39,747 bases of DNA from a virus (lineage: Duplodnaviria; Caudoviricetes): positions 1-39,747 of the IMG/VR virus record IMGVR_UViG_3300005058_000160; one strand, written 5' to 3'. The notes under the pieces were generated by a model. It was not told the DNA's origin, searched no databases, and saw only the letters and a list, made by a program, of their open reading frames with translations. This document shows, in pieces, positions 16,853 to 26,340 of the stretch. The position numbers and the translations under genes are program-made. How positions within the stretch are numbered: position 1 is the stretch's first letter; every line of letters starts with the position of its first letter.

Positions 16853-19060
16853 TTACTCCTGGTCGCGCAGGCGGCTTCGACCGCGGGCCGCCTTGTCGCG
16901 GTCAAGCCGCTCCATCTCGCTGCGGATCTGGCGGGCGAGGTCGGCATTGTCGGCGCCCGGCTGGGTGGCGACGCTGATGTTATAGGTGCTGGGGCCTGCG
17001 CCTGCCGCCACGGACTTCAGGATGGGCGAGTTGCTGATGCTGGCCGTGCGGCTGCCGGACGTTGCCGCGGCCGGGCCGAACAGCCACGGCATCATGATCC
17101 GGAGGTTTTCCTTGAGGCGGTTGATGCGGCCGATGATGCCGTCGAGCATCTTCGACCACCAGGCGCCCAGCTTGTCCCAGTTCTGGTAGATGAGCACGGC
17201 AGCGGTGGCGATGCCGGTGAGCGCGAGGCCGATGGGGTTGCCGAGCAGCAGCAGGCCGACGGCACGGATGGCCGTACCAATCATGGCGAAGGCGCCGGCG
17301 CCGGAGAGGCCCAGCGTCACCATGGAGAACTTGAGCATGGCCAGCGGTACCAGGATGGCGCCGGCAACGACCGTCAGGCCGCCGAGAACGGTGAGGATGA
17401 TGCCGAGCCATTTGACGGTGGTGATGAGGGCGCCGGAGAGTTGCGGATGCTCGGCTGCCCAGTTGCGCACGGCCTGGACCATGCCCAGCGTGCGGTCGAG
17501 CGTGTCGGCGATGGCCGGCTTGAGGTGCCGGCCAAGGTCCGTGGACAGGTTGTTGAAAGCGTTTTGCGCGTTCTCGATGCGGGCGTCGAGCGTGTCGCCC
17601 CAGGCGTCGACCTCGCGCTGCATCGAGCCGAATGCCTTCTGGTCGCGCACCAGCTGCAGCTGCCGGCGGTATTCCTCCAGGTTGCTGGCCAGCTTGGCGG
17701 CATCGTCGCCGAACTCCTTGCCGAACAGGCGGGTGGCGGCTTCCAGCTGCTTGTCGCCGGCGAGCGCCTTGATCTTCTCCAGCACCATGATGATGGTGCC
17801 GGTTGAGTCCTTGCCCATGGACGACTGCACGCCCTTGCCGGTCAGCCCCAGCATCGCCAGGCCTTCCTGGAAGCGCTTGCTCTGCATGGTTGCCACGGAC
17901 AGTTCGCGGATCATGGCGTTTGAGGCGCTGGCGGCTACTTCGGCATTGGCGCCGAGGCTGAGGAAGGTCGATCCGAGTGCCGCGGCATCGCGGAAGTTCA
18001 TGCCGACCATGTCGGCGGTGCCGGCGATGCGCTTCATGACGTCGATGATGTCGCCGCCCTTGCTGAGCGCCTGGTCATCCAGCCAGTTGATGGTGTCGCC
18101 CAGTTGACGGATGTCCTTGATCGGGATCTTGTACAGCTGGCTGATCTTGCCGACGTCTTCGCCGACCTGGTCGACGGCCAGGTCGAAGGCCTTGGCCATG
18201 ATCGCAGTCGTCTCGGCATAGACGAGCAGGTTGTCCTTGCCCTGGATGCCCATGCGGGCGCCGGCCTCGACGATGCGGGCGATGTCGGCCGAGGCGCCGG
18301 GCAAGCGTTCGGATAGTGCCTTGATGGCGTCGGCCATCTCCCAGTAGGCGGCGGTGACCTTGCCGGCATCGTCGCGGGCGCCTTCCATCTGGCGGGCGAC
18401 GCCGAGCATGGCGGTTTCGAAGTCGGCGAAGTCCTTGGCCGCCTTGGCTGCTGGCAGGCCGACCGCAGCACCGGCAGCGGTGATGCCGGCGCCGGCCATC
18501 GCCATCTTGCCGGCGCGCTCGCGGGCCTTGGTCAGCTCAGCCTGGGCGGCGCGCAGGCGGCGCATCTTCTCATTCTCGGCTTCCAGTGCGGATTGCAGGC
18601 GGCGGCTCTGGTTGGTGGCTTCGGCGCTGGCGCTGGCCAGCCGGCGGCGATGCTCGGCCAGGTTGCGGGTGTCGATGCCGGAGGCCTTGAGCTTTTCGAA
18701 CAATGCCTGCTCGGTGCGCGTCAGCGATTCGTGCTTGGCCTTGAGCTCGTCGGATCGCTTGGAGAGGCGGGCGAGTTCTTCGGCCATGGCCTTGGTCGGC
18801 ACGCCGGCCTTGCTGATGGCGGCCTTGACTTCGTCGATGGCGCGGCGGTTCTTGGCGAAGGTGTTGGCGGCGATGGCCGCGTCCTTCTCGACCTTCTTGA
18901 AGGCGTCGATCTGCTCGACGGTGCGGTTGAATTCCTTCATCCGCGCCGTGTTTTCGCGTAGCGCCTTGGCGGCGGCGCTGGCGCTGCCAGTGATGGCATT
19001 CACCGGCCGGACGAATTTATCGATCGCGGCGAAGACGACCTTCAGTTCGAGTTCGTTCAT
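16853..19060 (-). CDS. T: Tail tape measure protein
   Basis: 735 aa, Ala-rich and helical, with ADFETAM and LFGKE motifs and a C-terminal hydrophobic region; lies between E' and U. Confidence 0.92.
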   Translation of the reverse strand: MNELELKVVFAAIDKFVRPVNAITGSASAAAKALRENTARMKEFNRTVEQIDAFKKVEKDAAIAANTFAKNRRAIDEVKAAISKAGVPTKAMAEELARLSKRSDELKAKHESLTRTEQALFEKLKASGIDTRNLAEHRRRLASASAEATNQSRRLQSALEAENEKMRRLRAAQAELTKARERAGKMAMAGAGITAAGAAVGLPAAKAAKDFADFETAMLGVARQMEGARDDAGKVTAAYWEMADAIKALSERLPGASADIARIVEAGARMGIQGKDNLLVYAETTAIMAKAFDLAVDQVGEDVGKISQLYKIPIKDIRQLGDTINWLDDQALSKGGDIIDVMKRIAGTADMVGMNFRDAAALGSTFLSLGANAEVAASASNAMIRELSVATMQSKRFQEGLAMLGLTGKGVQSSMGKDSTGTIIMVLEKIKALAGDKQLEAATRLFGKEFGDDAAKLASNLEEYRRQLQLVRDQKAFGSMQREVDAWGDTLDARIENAQNAFNNLSTDLGRHLKPAIADTLDRTLGMVQAVRNWAAEHPQLSGALITTVKWLGIILTVLGGLTVVAGAILVPLAMLKFSMVTLGLSGAGAFAMIGTAIRAVGLLLLGNPIGLALTGIATAAVLIYQNWDKLGAWWSKMLDGIIGRINRLKENLRIMMPWLFGPAAATSGSRTASISNSPILKSVAAGAGPSTYNISVATQPGADNADLARQIRSEMERLDRDKAARGRSRLRDQE

Positions 19061-19173
19061 TCCTTGCTTTCGGTGCGCCGTCGCGCCTGCTCACGCCACA
19101 TGCAGAGCTCTCCCAGGTCCATCGGCTCCATCGCCGCCGGCGGCCAGTGGAAGACGACGGCGATATCGGCCAT
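19057..19173 (-). CDS. E': gpE' portion of the tail chaperone (read as an E+E' frameshift product)
   Basis: MADIAVVFHWPPAAMEPMDLGELCMWREQARRR matches the P2 E' pattern. Confidence 0.88.
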   Translation of the reverse strand: MADIAVVFHWPPAAMEPMDLGELCMWREQARRRTESKE

Positions 19174-19181
19174 GAAGTCTT

Positions 19182-19502
19182 CTACTCGGGCAGGGAGTTC
19201 GAATTCAGGTTGGCCGCCGCCTCCTGCAGGGCAGAAGGCGGCAGAAAGAAACCCGCGAGGCCGGCTCCCATCTGCAGCAGGTCGTGCGGATCGATGGCGC
19301 GGCTGTTCATTTCCTGCGGCGTGATCTTGGGGTCCGAGATGCGCGGGATCACGGTGCAGATGGCGTCGGTCTCCATCTCCAGGCAGGCGCGCAGGCTGAC
19401 GCCGCGCAACTGGCCGGCGTCCGGCTTGTGCAGGGTGATCTTGGCGATTTCCTGGTCGCCGCGCTTGATCGGCTTCGTCAGGGTGACGGTGGTGCTATCC
19501 AT
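19182..19502 (-). CDS. E: Tail assembly chaperone gpE
   Basis: MDSTTVTLTKPIKRGDQEI..LHKPDAGQLRGVSL; start reassigned to 19502 (AAGGAG RBS). Confidence 0.9.
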   Translation of the reverse strand: MDSTTVTLTKPIKRGDQEIAKITLHKPDAGQLRGVSLRACLEMETDAICTVIPRISDPKITPQEMNSRAIDPHDLLQMGAGLAGFFLPPSALQEAAANLNSNSLPE

Positions 19503-19596
19503 AGGGCTCTCCTTGGTGACTAATGCGGCCGGCCGGGCCTCCCCGTGCGCCGAGGCGCCGGGGAGGACTTGCACAGGGCTCGCGGGGGTGTATCCG

Positions 19597-20109
19597 TTAA
19601 GCCAGGCCGACGGCCTTGCGCTGGTCGGCCAGCATGTCGGTGCCGTTGACGGTGTAGATCATGGCCATGGCGTCGATCTCGATCAGTTCAACGCCGTCGA
19701 CGATCAGCTTGTAGTAGCTGCAGGCGGTCTTGATCTTGGTGGCGCTCTTCTCGCCGACCTTGGCGTTGCCGAAGTCGATCTCCTTGTGCCGGCCGCGGAC
19801 GACGATCTCGACGGCGTGCACGTCGCCGGTGTCTTCGCGCTGGTAGGCGCCGGCAAAGCGCAGCAGACCGCCGTTGGCCTTGGCCTGGCCGTACTGCTTG
19901 ACGACGTCGAAGACGAAGCCGACGCAGGACCAGTCGAGCTCGATCTTCTCGTTGGAGATGTCGATATCGACCGGCATCGGCATGCCGGCGCCCTGGAACT
20001 CTTCCATCTTGCGGACGAGCTTGGGCAGGGTGACTTCTTCGACGATGCCCATCAGGCTGGCGCCGTCGTTGTAGAGGTTGAAGTTCTTGAGGGTTGCGGG
20101 GAGTGCCAT
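19597..20109 (-). CDS. FII: Tail tube protein
   Basis: MALPATLKNFNLYNDG...LRFAGAYQRED. Confidence 0.95.
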   Translation of the reverse strand: MALPATLKNFNLYNDGASLMGIVEEVTLPKLVRKMEEFQGAGMPMPVDIDISNEKIELDWSCVGFVFDVVKQYGQAKANGGLLRFAGAYQREDTGDVHAVEIVVRGRHKEIDFGNAKVGEKSATKIKTACSYYKLIVDGVELIEIDAMAMIYTVNGTDMLADQRKAVGLA

Positions 20110-20124
20110 GGTGTTGTGCTCCTA

Positions 20125-21297
20125 TCAGGCGCCGATGCGGGCGGCGAAGTCGGCCAGGTAGCGGTCGGTGATGCGCTGGCGGAACATGAGGTTTTCAAGC
20201 GGCGGCACCGGCGTGTAGTCGTAGTCGATGTACAGCTTGCCGGCCTTGAGGGTGACTTCGTCATTGACGGCCGGGTCATACCAGGCCTTGCCGTCGATGA
20301 TGTAGCCGAGCGCCTTGAGCTCGCGGAACTTGGCATTCACCCCTTCGATGATGTCCTTGACCAGCGACGGGTGCATGGGCTTGTCGACCGCCCAGAAGTG
20401 CGCCTCGGCCATCGTGTCCATGAGCACCTGGGCGGTGCGGGTGTAGTTCTCGAAGGCGAACAGCGGGTCTTCGGTACAGGTGCGCGATCCCCAGAAGCGG
20501 AAGCCATCGCGGCGGATCAGCGTGGTGACTTCGGCGGCGTTGAGGTAGCCGGCGTCGGTGCTCGGATCCTGCAGGTCGAAGAAGACGTCCTTGCTGATGC
20601 CGGTGACGCCCTGAACGGCGATGTTGGAGAGGGTCTTGTGCCAGCCGATTTCATCGTCCAGCTTGGCGCGCATGCCGAGGGCGCGGGCGACGGCCGGCGC
20701 TGGGTCGTTGGTGCTGGTGGTGGTGTTCCAGGCGAGGAAATCCGGCCAGATGACCATGACTTCACGGTCGCCGAAGTTGTCGCGGTAGATGACGGCTTCT
20801 TCCTTGGTGGCGCAGTCCCAGGCGCTGACGTAGGCAAAGCCGCGCAACTGCTTGGCCAGGGCCACCAGTTCGACGGCGACGGCCAGGGTGTCGAGACCCG
20901 GAACGCCGAGGATGCGCGGCTTGATGCCGAACTTGGCCTGGGCGGTGAGCAGGGCCTTCATCCCGGTGTATTGGCCTGTTGGCGTAACGGTGCCGATCAG
21001 GGCCGTGGTGGTTTCCGCCTCGTTGGCGCCTGGTGCGACGCGGACGACGACGCAGGCCGGGCTGCCATGGTCGGCGATGGCATCGAGCGCAGCGGCCAGC
21101 GTGCCGGTGACGCCGGCCTGGCCGATGGCGGTGCGGACGTCGGTCACGAGGACGGCGGTGTCGAGGGGGAAGGCGCCGGCATCTGCATCCGGCGCGGTAG
21201 CGACGAGGCCGATGATGGCGGTTTCGATGGTGCGAATTGGGCGGCGGCCGTCATTGAGTTCAATGACGCGTACACCGTGGTGGTAATCGGCGGGCAT
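20125..21297 (-). CDS. FI: Tail sheath protein
   Basis: [40 protein letters not shown]. Confidence 0.96.
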   Translation of the reverse strand: MPADYHHGVRVIELNDGRRPIRTIETAIIGLVATAPDADAGAFPLDTAVLVTDVRTAIGQAGVTGTLAAALDAIADHGSPACVVVRVAPGANEAETTTALIGTVTPTGQYTGMKALLTAQAKFGIKPRILGVPGLDTLAVAVELVALAKQLRGFAYVSAWDCATKEEAVIYRDNFGDREVMVIWPDFLAWNTTTSTNDPAPAVARALGMRAKLDDEIGWHKTLSNIAVQGVTGISKDVFFDLQDPSTDAGYLNAAEVTTLIRRDGFRFWGSRTCTEDPLFAFENYTRTAQVLMDTMAEAHFWAVDKPMHPSLVKDIIEGVNAKFRELKALGYIIDGKAWYDPAVNDEVTLKAGKLYIDYDYTPVPPLENLMFRQRITDRYLADFAARIGA

Positions 21298-21327
21298 GGG
21301 GTGCTCCTGTCAGAAGTGTGCCCCGCC

Positions 21328-21385
21328 ATGCTGCCCGGCGCGCGCGCGGATGTCGCGGCCGGGCGGTTGTGACGCTATTCCTTAG
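21328..21385 (-). promoter_or_regulatory. Late promoter F (presumed Ogr-dependent)
   Basis: CTAAG-N10-ACAACCGCC, then a CGCGCG run; -10-like CAGCAT begins 47 nt after CTAAG. Confidence 0.75.
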
Positions 21386-21388
21386 CGC

Positions 21389-21826
21389 CTAAGCCGCGTG
21401 TACAGGACTGCGCAGTATTGACGCCAGCGCATTCGGGCAGTAGCGCCAGGGCTCATCAAGCCCCAGTGCGGCGGCGCAGGCCTCGCTGCAGAACCACTTA
21501 TTCTTCTCGCCGTCGCGGCGCCGCCAGACGAAGCCGAACAGGCCGAGCAGGTCGTAGCCTTCGCCGAGGTGAGCGCCGAACCAGTCGGCGGCCTTTGTGA
21601 CGTCGCCGGGGATATCGACGATGTCCCAGCGTTCCGGATCGAGAGCGATGGTCTTGATGCGCACGCCGCCGTCGGTCTTGGACGCCGAGGCGCAAATGGC
21701 CGCAGCGCCCTCGCCGTGCAGGATGATCTCGCAGTGCGAGTAGGGGCCACCTGTCCACCAGCGGACGGCCTTGTCGAGAAATCCGTAAAGGCCAGACTGC
21801 GAGCCCTTGTAGAAGGCGATCTTCAT
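21389..21826 (-). CDS. Circularly permuted papain-like (NlpC/P60, YiiX/YebB-type) enzyme
   Basis: N-terminal YSHCE (His), YD motif, C-terminal WFCSE (Cys). Confidence 0.8.
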   Translation of the reverse strand: MKIAFYKGSQSGLYGFLDKAVRWWTGGPYSHCEIILHGEGAAAICASASKTDGGVRIKTIALDPERWDIVDIPGDVTKAADWFGAHLGEGYDLLGLFGFVWRRRDGEKNKWFCSEACAAALGLDEPWRYCPNALASILRSPVHAA

Positions 21827-21830
21827 CTCG

Positions 21831-22367
21831 TCACCAGACGATGGCGGCTATTTCGGCGGCCGTTGCCGCTGCCACCAGCTGCGCCTTGAGTGCCTGGGCG
21901 TGCGCAAAATGCGCAGCACCGGCGGCGACCATGGCGCCGTAAAAGGCGGTCCAGGCGGCGACGTCGGGAATCGGCAGGTAGCTGTTGTCTACGGCCTTCC
22001 AGGCGCCAGGGAAGCCGGGAGGCAGGTTGCCGGTCAGCGCCACGTAGCCGTTGACGCCGTCGATGTCGCCACGGCTGAGGGCGTCGCAGGCGAATTCCTT
22101 GCCGGCGTGGCCGAAGCTGCCGAGGTTGGCCCTGGCGCGCTCGTCGTTGATGTAGGCGTTGCGGACGGCTTTGAGGTCGGCGATGGGCAGCGGCGAAGGC
22201 GGCACCGCTTTCGGCGTTCCGTCGGCGCCTGCGGTAATGACTGCTCCGGCGGATTGCGCGGCGAGAAGGGCGGCATGTTCGGCGGCGCTAATTTCTACAG
22301 CGTCTGTGGGAATGGCGGTGTGAATCAATCGGTCATAGAAGCCGCTTGTTTGCTTTGAAAATAGCAT
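21831..22367 (-). CDS. Tail fibre assembly protein with DUF4376-like C-terminus
   Basis: GFY...IPTDAVEISAAEHAALL..QS.G..I..G.P; W.AVDNS; follows the fibre gene. Confidence 0.75.
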   Translation of the reverse strand: MLFSKQTSGFYDRLIHTAIPTDAVEISAAEHAALLAAQSAGAVITAGADGTPKAVPPSPLPIADLKAVRNAYINDERARANLGSFGHAGKEFACDALSRGDIDGVNGYVALTGNLPPGFPGAWKAVDNSYLPIPDVAAWTAFYGAMVAAGAAHFAHAQALKAQLVAAATAAEIAAIVW

Positions 22368-22382
22368 TCTGATCTCCTTGGT

Positions 22383-23390
22383 TTAATAGCCAATGGCGAT
22401 GTAACGAATCGCGCGTGATGCGCCGCCTGCGCTCCACGCGACCTTCGCTTGGGCAGTTGAGACATGACCAACGGTAGTCCCCAGGGTCGCCGGCGAGGAG
22501 TCATCTGCCGCCGCTCCAACAACGGCGAATACTCCCGTAGGAAAAGCGATCGGAAACGAGAACGGGTAAAAGGTATTGGCGGCCGGTGAAGGGTTGGCGT
22601 AGGTTCCCCATTGCACAATCAGGCCGCTCGGCAACTTCTGATAGCCGGCGGTCGTCAGCTGTGCCGCGAAGTCGATGGCGACGCTCTTGGTCGAAACATC
22701 GCCGAGGCCAAGCGTTGTGCGGCATGTCGCGGCATCGGCATCGTCGATCAGCGTCCTGGCGAAGGCACTGAGGTCAGTCAGGGCGAAGGCGTCTGCGCCG
22801 GTGGCATAAATCAATTTGTTGGCGCCAGTGGCCAGGGCGGCGAGCGCCGTCAGCGTGGCGTCAGCCGGCTGCTTGCTGGCCAGCTGTGCGGCCATGGTGG
22901 CGGCAAAGTTGGGGTCGTTGCCGAGGGCGACGGCAAGCTCGTTGAGGGTGTCCAGCGTGCCCGGCGCTGCGTTGACCAGATTGGCGATAGCGGCATTGAT
23001 CGCCGCCTTGACGCCGGCCGGGTGCGTGGCGCGGACGGTATCGGTACCGGTGACCGTTTCGGCATTGGTCGCCAGCTCGACCTTGCCGGCGACGGTTTCG
23101 CTGGCAGCGGCTACGGTGGCGAGCGCGGCAATGGCCTGGGCGACGCGGAGCGGGGACATCCAGGTAGCGTTGTCGGTACCGGCGGTGGCCTGCGCCTGGC
23201 TGGCCAGCGCCGACAGGTTGAGCTTGTCGTTGCTCAGCGATTCGGCAAGCGCCTTCAGCCAGAGCAGGCGATTGGCAATCTGCTTGCTGGGCAGGTTATC
23301 GATGCCGTTCGGCCCACCCTGCACGACATCGCTTTCTTCGAACTGGTAGATGCCTGGTTCCCAGTTTGCTGATTCGGGGACAAAAGCCAT
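22383..23390 (-). CDS. Tail fibre protein
   Basis: Starts MAFVPESANWEPGIYQ after GGAGG; contains APGTLDTLNELAVALGNDPNFA; tip GYQKLPSGLIVQWG...FPIAFP. Confidence 0.88.
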   Translation of the reverse strand: MAFVPESANWEPGIYQFEESDVVQGGPNGIDNLPSKQIANRLLWLKALAESLSNDKLNLSALASQAQATAGTDNATWMSPLRVAQAIAALATVAAASETVAGKVELATNAETVTGTDTVRATHPAGVKAAINAAIANLVNAAPGTLDTLNELAVALGNDPNFAATMAAQLASKQPADATLTALAALATGANKLIYATGADAFALTDLSAFARTLIDDADAATCRTTLGLGDVSTKSVAIDFAAQLTTAGYQKLPSGLIVQWGTYANPSPAANTFYPFSFPIAFPTGVFAVVGAAADDSSPATLGTTVGHVSTAQAKVAWSAGGASRAIRYIAIGY

Positions 23391-23401
23391 GCGGCCTCCT
23401 G

Positions 23402-23986
23402 TTAATTGATGGTGGTGTCGACGACGCCGCGCGTCCAGGTGGCGTCGCGGATGGCGACGCCGTTGCGGCGCAGGGCGGCCTGGCGGTAATCGATGGCGGT
23501 GAGGGTGATGCAGTTGCGCTGGACGGCGGCGAGCAGGCGCTTGATCTGGTAGGCCTGGTCGATGGTCGTCGGCTGGCTGAGGATGACGCGGTAGGTCGCC
23601 CATCCTCCTTGTCCCTGGCGCTGGTGCGTGGCGTCTCTGACCCGGGTGCCGTCGCGGAAGACATAGTCGCCGCGCTCGATGATCGTGGCGTCGGGCTGGC
23701 CGATGGCCGTCAGGGCGCGACGGATGGCGGCCGGCGTGCCCTTGTGCTGGTGGATGTAGCGCGATTCCTTGATGACGGCGCGCTTCTTGTCGACGCCCCA
23801 GCCGTCGTTCCACTCATCGACCGACAGGGCGATGGCCAGGTAGGGCAGCAGCGGGGCCGGACAGGTGTCGGCATTCCACAGGCTGGTGACGATGGCCGGC
23901 ATGCGCGCCAGGCGCTGCTCGGCCACGGCGTCGGCGGTGCGCTCGATCGGTGTGCTGGCAGGCGGCAGGACGCTGGTCATGCTCAT
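23402..23986 (-). CDS. I: Baseplate/tail protein gpI
   Basis: LPPAST.IE, LWNADTCPAPLLPYLA..LSVDEW, HQHKGT. Confidence 0.9.
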   Translation of the reverse strand: MSMTSVLPPASTPIERTADAVAEQRLARMPAIVTSLWNADTCPAPLLPYLAIALSVDEWNDGWGVDKKRAVIKESRYIHQHKGTPAAIRRALTAIGQPDATIIERGDYVFRDGTRVRDATHQRQGQGGWATYRVILSQPTTIDQAYQIKRLLAAVQRNCITLTAIDYRQAALRRNGVAIRDATWTRGVVDTTIN

Positions 23987-24873
23987 TCGATGGCGGTGAC
24001 GGCGACGGTGATACCTGTGCACCATGGGGCTTGCCCGGCGGTGCAGACGACATCGGCGGCGGGGCTGACGATGACCACCTTCTTGACGCCAGCGACGTGG
24101 GCAGCGGCGTCGATAGCCGAGCGGATGATGTCGGTGCCGAGCAGGTGATGGTCGGCGGCGTAAGCCTGCAGCGCCGCCTGGACGGCGCCGGTGACGACTT
24201 CGGTGCTAGGTCCAGCGAATACGGTGAGCTCGATGTCCAGGCTGTAGTTGACGATGCTGGCCGGACTGACGATGACGGCTTCGGACAGCGGCCGGACGTC
24301 CTCGCCGGTGACGGCGCCGGTGACGGCGGCGAGCTGCGTCGGCGTCGGGATGCCGGAGCCTTCGCGCGTCAGCACATAAATCTGGGTGGTGCCGCCTTCC
24401 GGACTGATGACGCTGGCGTCCTTGATCTGGCCGTCAGCGCTGATGGCGTGGAACTTGAAGGCGTCGCGCGGGCCGGCGACGGACCAGCTTTCCGGCTTCA
24501 GCGCCAGTCGCTGCCGGTAGTCGGTGTCTGACTCCATGACCACGGGGGTCGGCGGGATGGTAGCCGGGTTGGCCTGGGTGACGACCAGGCGGGCTTCCTG
24601 GTAGTAGGTGGCGCCGATGTGGTCGAGATCGCTGCCAGTGGCGAAGGCGAGTAGCAGGGCCTTGGCCTCGTCGTTGTAACGGGCGCGCAGCAGCAGCTCG
24701 CGGTAGGCGAAGGCTTCCAGCAGCTTGACGATGGGATCGGATTCCAGATCGATGACGGCGGCCGAATCGGGGTAGCGGGCGACGAAGTCGGCCTTGGCCT
24801 CGGCGAGGATGGTTTCGAAGGCCAGCGATTCGATGACGGCCGGCGTGGGCAGGGAGGCGAGGTCGATGGTCAT
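23983..24873 (-). CDS. J: Baseplate wedge protein gpJ
   Basis: IDLASLPTPAVIE, LESDPIVKLLE..AYRELLLR, SVAGP. Confidence 0.93.
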   Translation of the reverse strand: MTIDLASLPTPAVIESLAFETILAEAKADFVARYPDSAAVIDLESDPIVKLLEAFAYRELLLRARYNDEAKALLLAFATGSDLDHIGATYYQEARLVVTQANPATIPPTPVVMESDTDYRQRLALKPESWSVAGPRDAFKFHAISADGQIKDASVISPEGGTTQIYVLTREGSGIPTPTQLAAVTGAVTGEDVRPLSEAVIVSPASIVNYSLDIELTVFAGPSTEVVTGAVQAALQAYAADHHLLGTDIIRSAIDAAAHVAGVKKVVIVSPAADVVCTAGQAPWCTGITVAVTAIE

Positions 24874-25208
24874 TGGAGCGGATAGGCCAGGGTGATGCGC
24901 TGCCCGGCACGCGGGCCGGCGCGCCGGGTGGCGGTCATGTCGATGCTGGACTTGCCGTCGATGCCGATGCTGATGGCGACCGTGGTGACGGCAACGCGCG
25001 GCTCCCAGCGCATGATGGCCATGACGGTGGCGGCCTGCAGGCGCAGTCGGTTGGCCGGGTTGCCGGGCTGGTCGATGAGCTCAGGGAGCAGCGATCCGTA
25101 GTCGCGGCGCATGACGCGGCTGCCAATGGGCGTGGTCAGGATGTCGGCGATGGATTGCCGGATGTGGGCGTCCTCGTCGATGGGCTTGCCGGTGTGGCGG
25201 CTGATCAT
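24870..25208 (-). CDS. W: Baseplate protein gpW (gp25-like)
   Basis: HIRQSIADILTTPIGSRVMRRDYGS...WEPR. Confidence 0.93.
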   Translation of the reverse strand: MISRHTGKPIDEDAHIRQSIADILTTPIGSRVMRRDYGSLLPELIDQPGNPANRLRLQAATVMAIMRWEPRVAVTTVAISIGIDGKSSIDMTATRRAGPRAGQRITLAYPLQ

Positions 25209-25819
25209 GCCGGGGCTCCGGTATTGCTGCCGCCGGCCGTGACGCCGGTGTGCTGGTGGGTATGCAGCACCTTGCCGTTGCTGCTGAGATTGCCGACGGT
25301 GTGCGTGAAGTCGCCGGTGATGATGTTGTTGTTGACGCCGCCGGTGCCGGCGATGCCGTTGAGGTAGGTAAGCAGGTCGTCGGCGGTGAGCTTGCCGGTG
25401 CAGTGGGTGAGCGGGGTATCCAGGGTGATGGATTCGCTGGCGACGATCGAGGCGGTCTTGATGCCGGAGATTTCCAGGTGGCTGGTGACGTGGTCGTAGC
25501 TGAAGATGGCGCCATCCGGAAAGCGGATGACATGGCGGTCGGCGTTGTGGCTCGGCGTGTCGATCAGGTTGGAGGGCACGCCGTAGAAGACGATGCCGTT
25601 GGCGGTCTCGCCGGAGGGCGACAGGATCAGGCATTGCTCGCCGACGGTCGGCGGATCCCAGGTGGTGGTCTCGCCGGCGCGGCGCTCGATCCAGCGCAGC
25701 CAGCCGGTGACGATGCCGCCGGACTGGACGCGCACCCGGGCCGCGGCGTGGTCCACGGAGTGGATGGTGCCGATGCGGATCAGGTTTTCCAGCAGGCGGG
25801 AGAGTTCGACGAGGTCCAT
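25205..25819 (-). CDS. V: Baseplate spike gpV
   Basis: LENLIRIGTI, WDPPTVGEQ, C-terminal HxH (HTHQHTGV). Confidence 0.93.
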   Translation of the reverse strand: MDLVELSRLLENLIRIGTIHSVDHAAARVRVQSGGIVTGWLRWIERRAGETTTWDPPTVGEQCLILSPSGETANGIVFYGVPSNLIDTPSHNADRHVIRFPDGAIFSYDHVTSHLEISGIKTASIVASESITLDTPLTHCTGKLTADDLLTYLNGIAGTGGVNNNIITGDFTHTVGNLSSNGKVLHTHQHTGVTAGGSNTGAPA

Positions 25820-25826
25820 GCCGCCG

Positions 25827-25884
25827 AGGATGCCAGCCATGCGCGCGCGGGTGGCGACGCGGCGGTTGTGGCGTGGCGGCTTAG
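25827..25884 (-). promoter_or_regulatory. Late promoter V
   Basis: CTAAG-N10-ACAACCGCC...CGCGCGCGC; -10-like CATCCT 47 nt after CTAAG and 7 nt before the ATG. Confidence 0.75.
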
Positions 25885-26333
25885 GACCGTCCGGCGAGGT
25901 AGTCGACGGCGAGATCGCGGATCAGTGCCTCGTCGGCCTCGCTGATGCCGAGTAGCTGGCGCGCCGGGTAGTCGGCTTCCAGGCCAGTGCGGCGATTGAC
26001 GCGGTCGCGCAGGCCGAAGTGATGCACGCGGGCGATGCGGCTGACCTGGTCGGTGAAGGCGATGACGGCTTCGTCGGCGGTGACCCGGGTCTTGAGAAAG
26101 CGGGCGAGGCGCAGACGGGAGAACATCTGCCGGCGCACCTTGCCGGCGCGGCCGCGGATCTGCGGCTTGCGCGGGGCGTAGGGCGTGCCGTCCGGATTCT
26201 GCTGGGCGGCGATGCGGCGCTGCTGGCTGGCGCGCAGGTCGCGGGCGATGCGCCGGGCGAGTTCGGTACGGGCGGCCGGTTCCAGGCGGGCGAGCAGGTC
26301 GGCGGCGAAGACTTCCAGCGGCGCGATGCTCAT
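25881..26333 (-). CDS. S: Tail completion / virion morphogenesis protein gpS
   Basis: QQRRIAAQQNPDGTPYAPRK, RIARVHHFGL, YPARQLLG. Confidence 0.92.
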   Translation of the reverse strand: MSIAPLEVFAADLLARLEPAARTELARRIARDLRASQQRRIAAQQNPDGTPYAPRKPQIRGRAGKVRRQMFSRLRLARFLKTRVTADEAVIAFTDQVSRIARVHHFGLRDRVNRRTGLEADYPARQLLGISEADEALIRDLAVDYLAGRS

Positions 26334-26340
26334 GGCGTGG

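Noticed and set aside
19536..19566. Hairpin CCTCCCCG...CGGGGAGG between FII and E as a novel ncRNA
   Set aside because: A single stem after a highly expressed structural gene is adequately explained as an mRNA-stabilising or step-down structure.
19147..21372. 741-aa plus-strand ORF, and similar long antisense ORFs (88-768, 3873-5471, 8881-10353, 33846-34868)
   Set aside because: Antisense shadows of well-supported genes. High-GC codon bias keeps these frames open, and they show no recognisable motifs.
21831..23390. Tail-fibre diversification by an invertase or a diversity-generating retroelement
   Set aside because: No serine invertase, reverse transcriptase, inverted fibre cassette or template/variable repeat pair was seen in the window.
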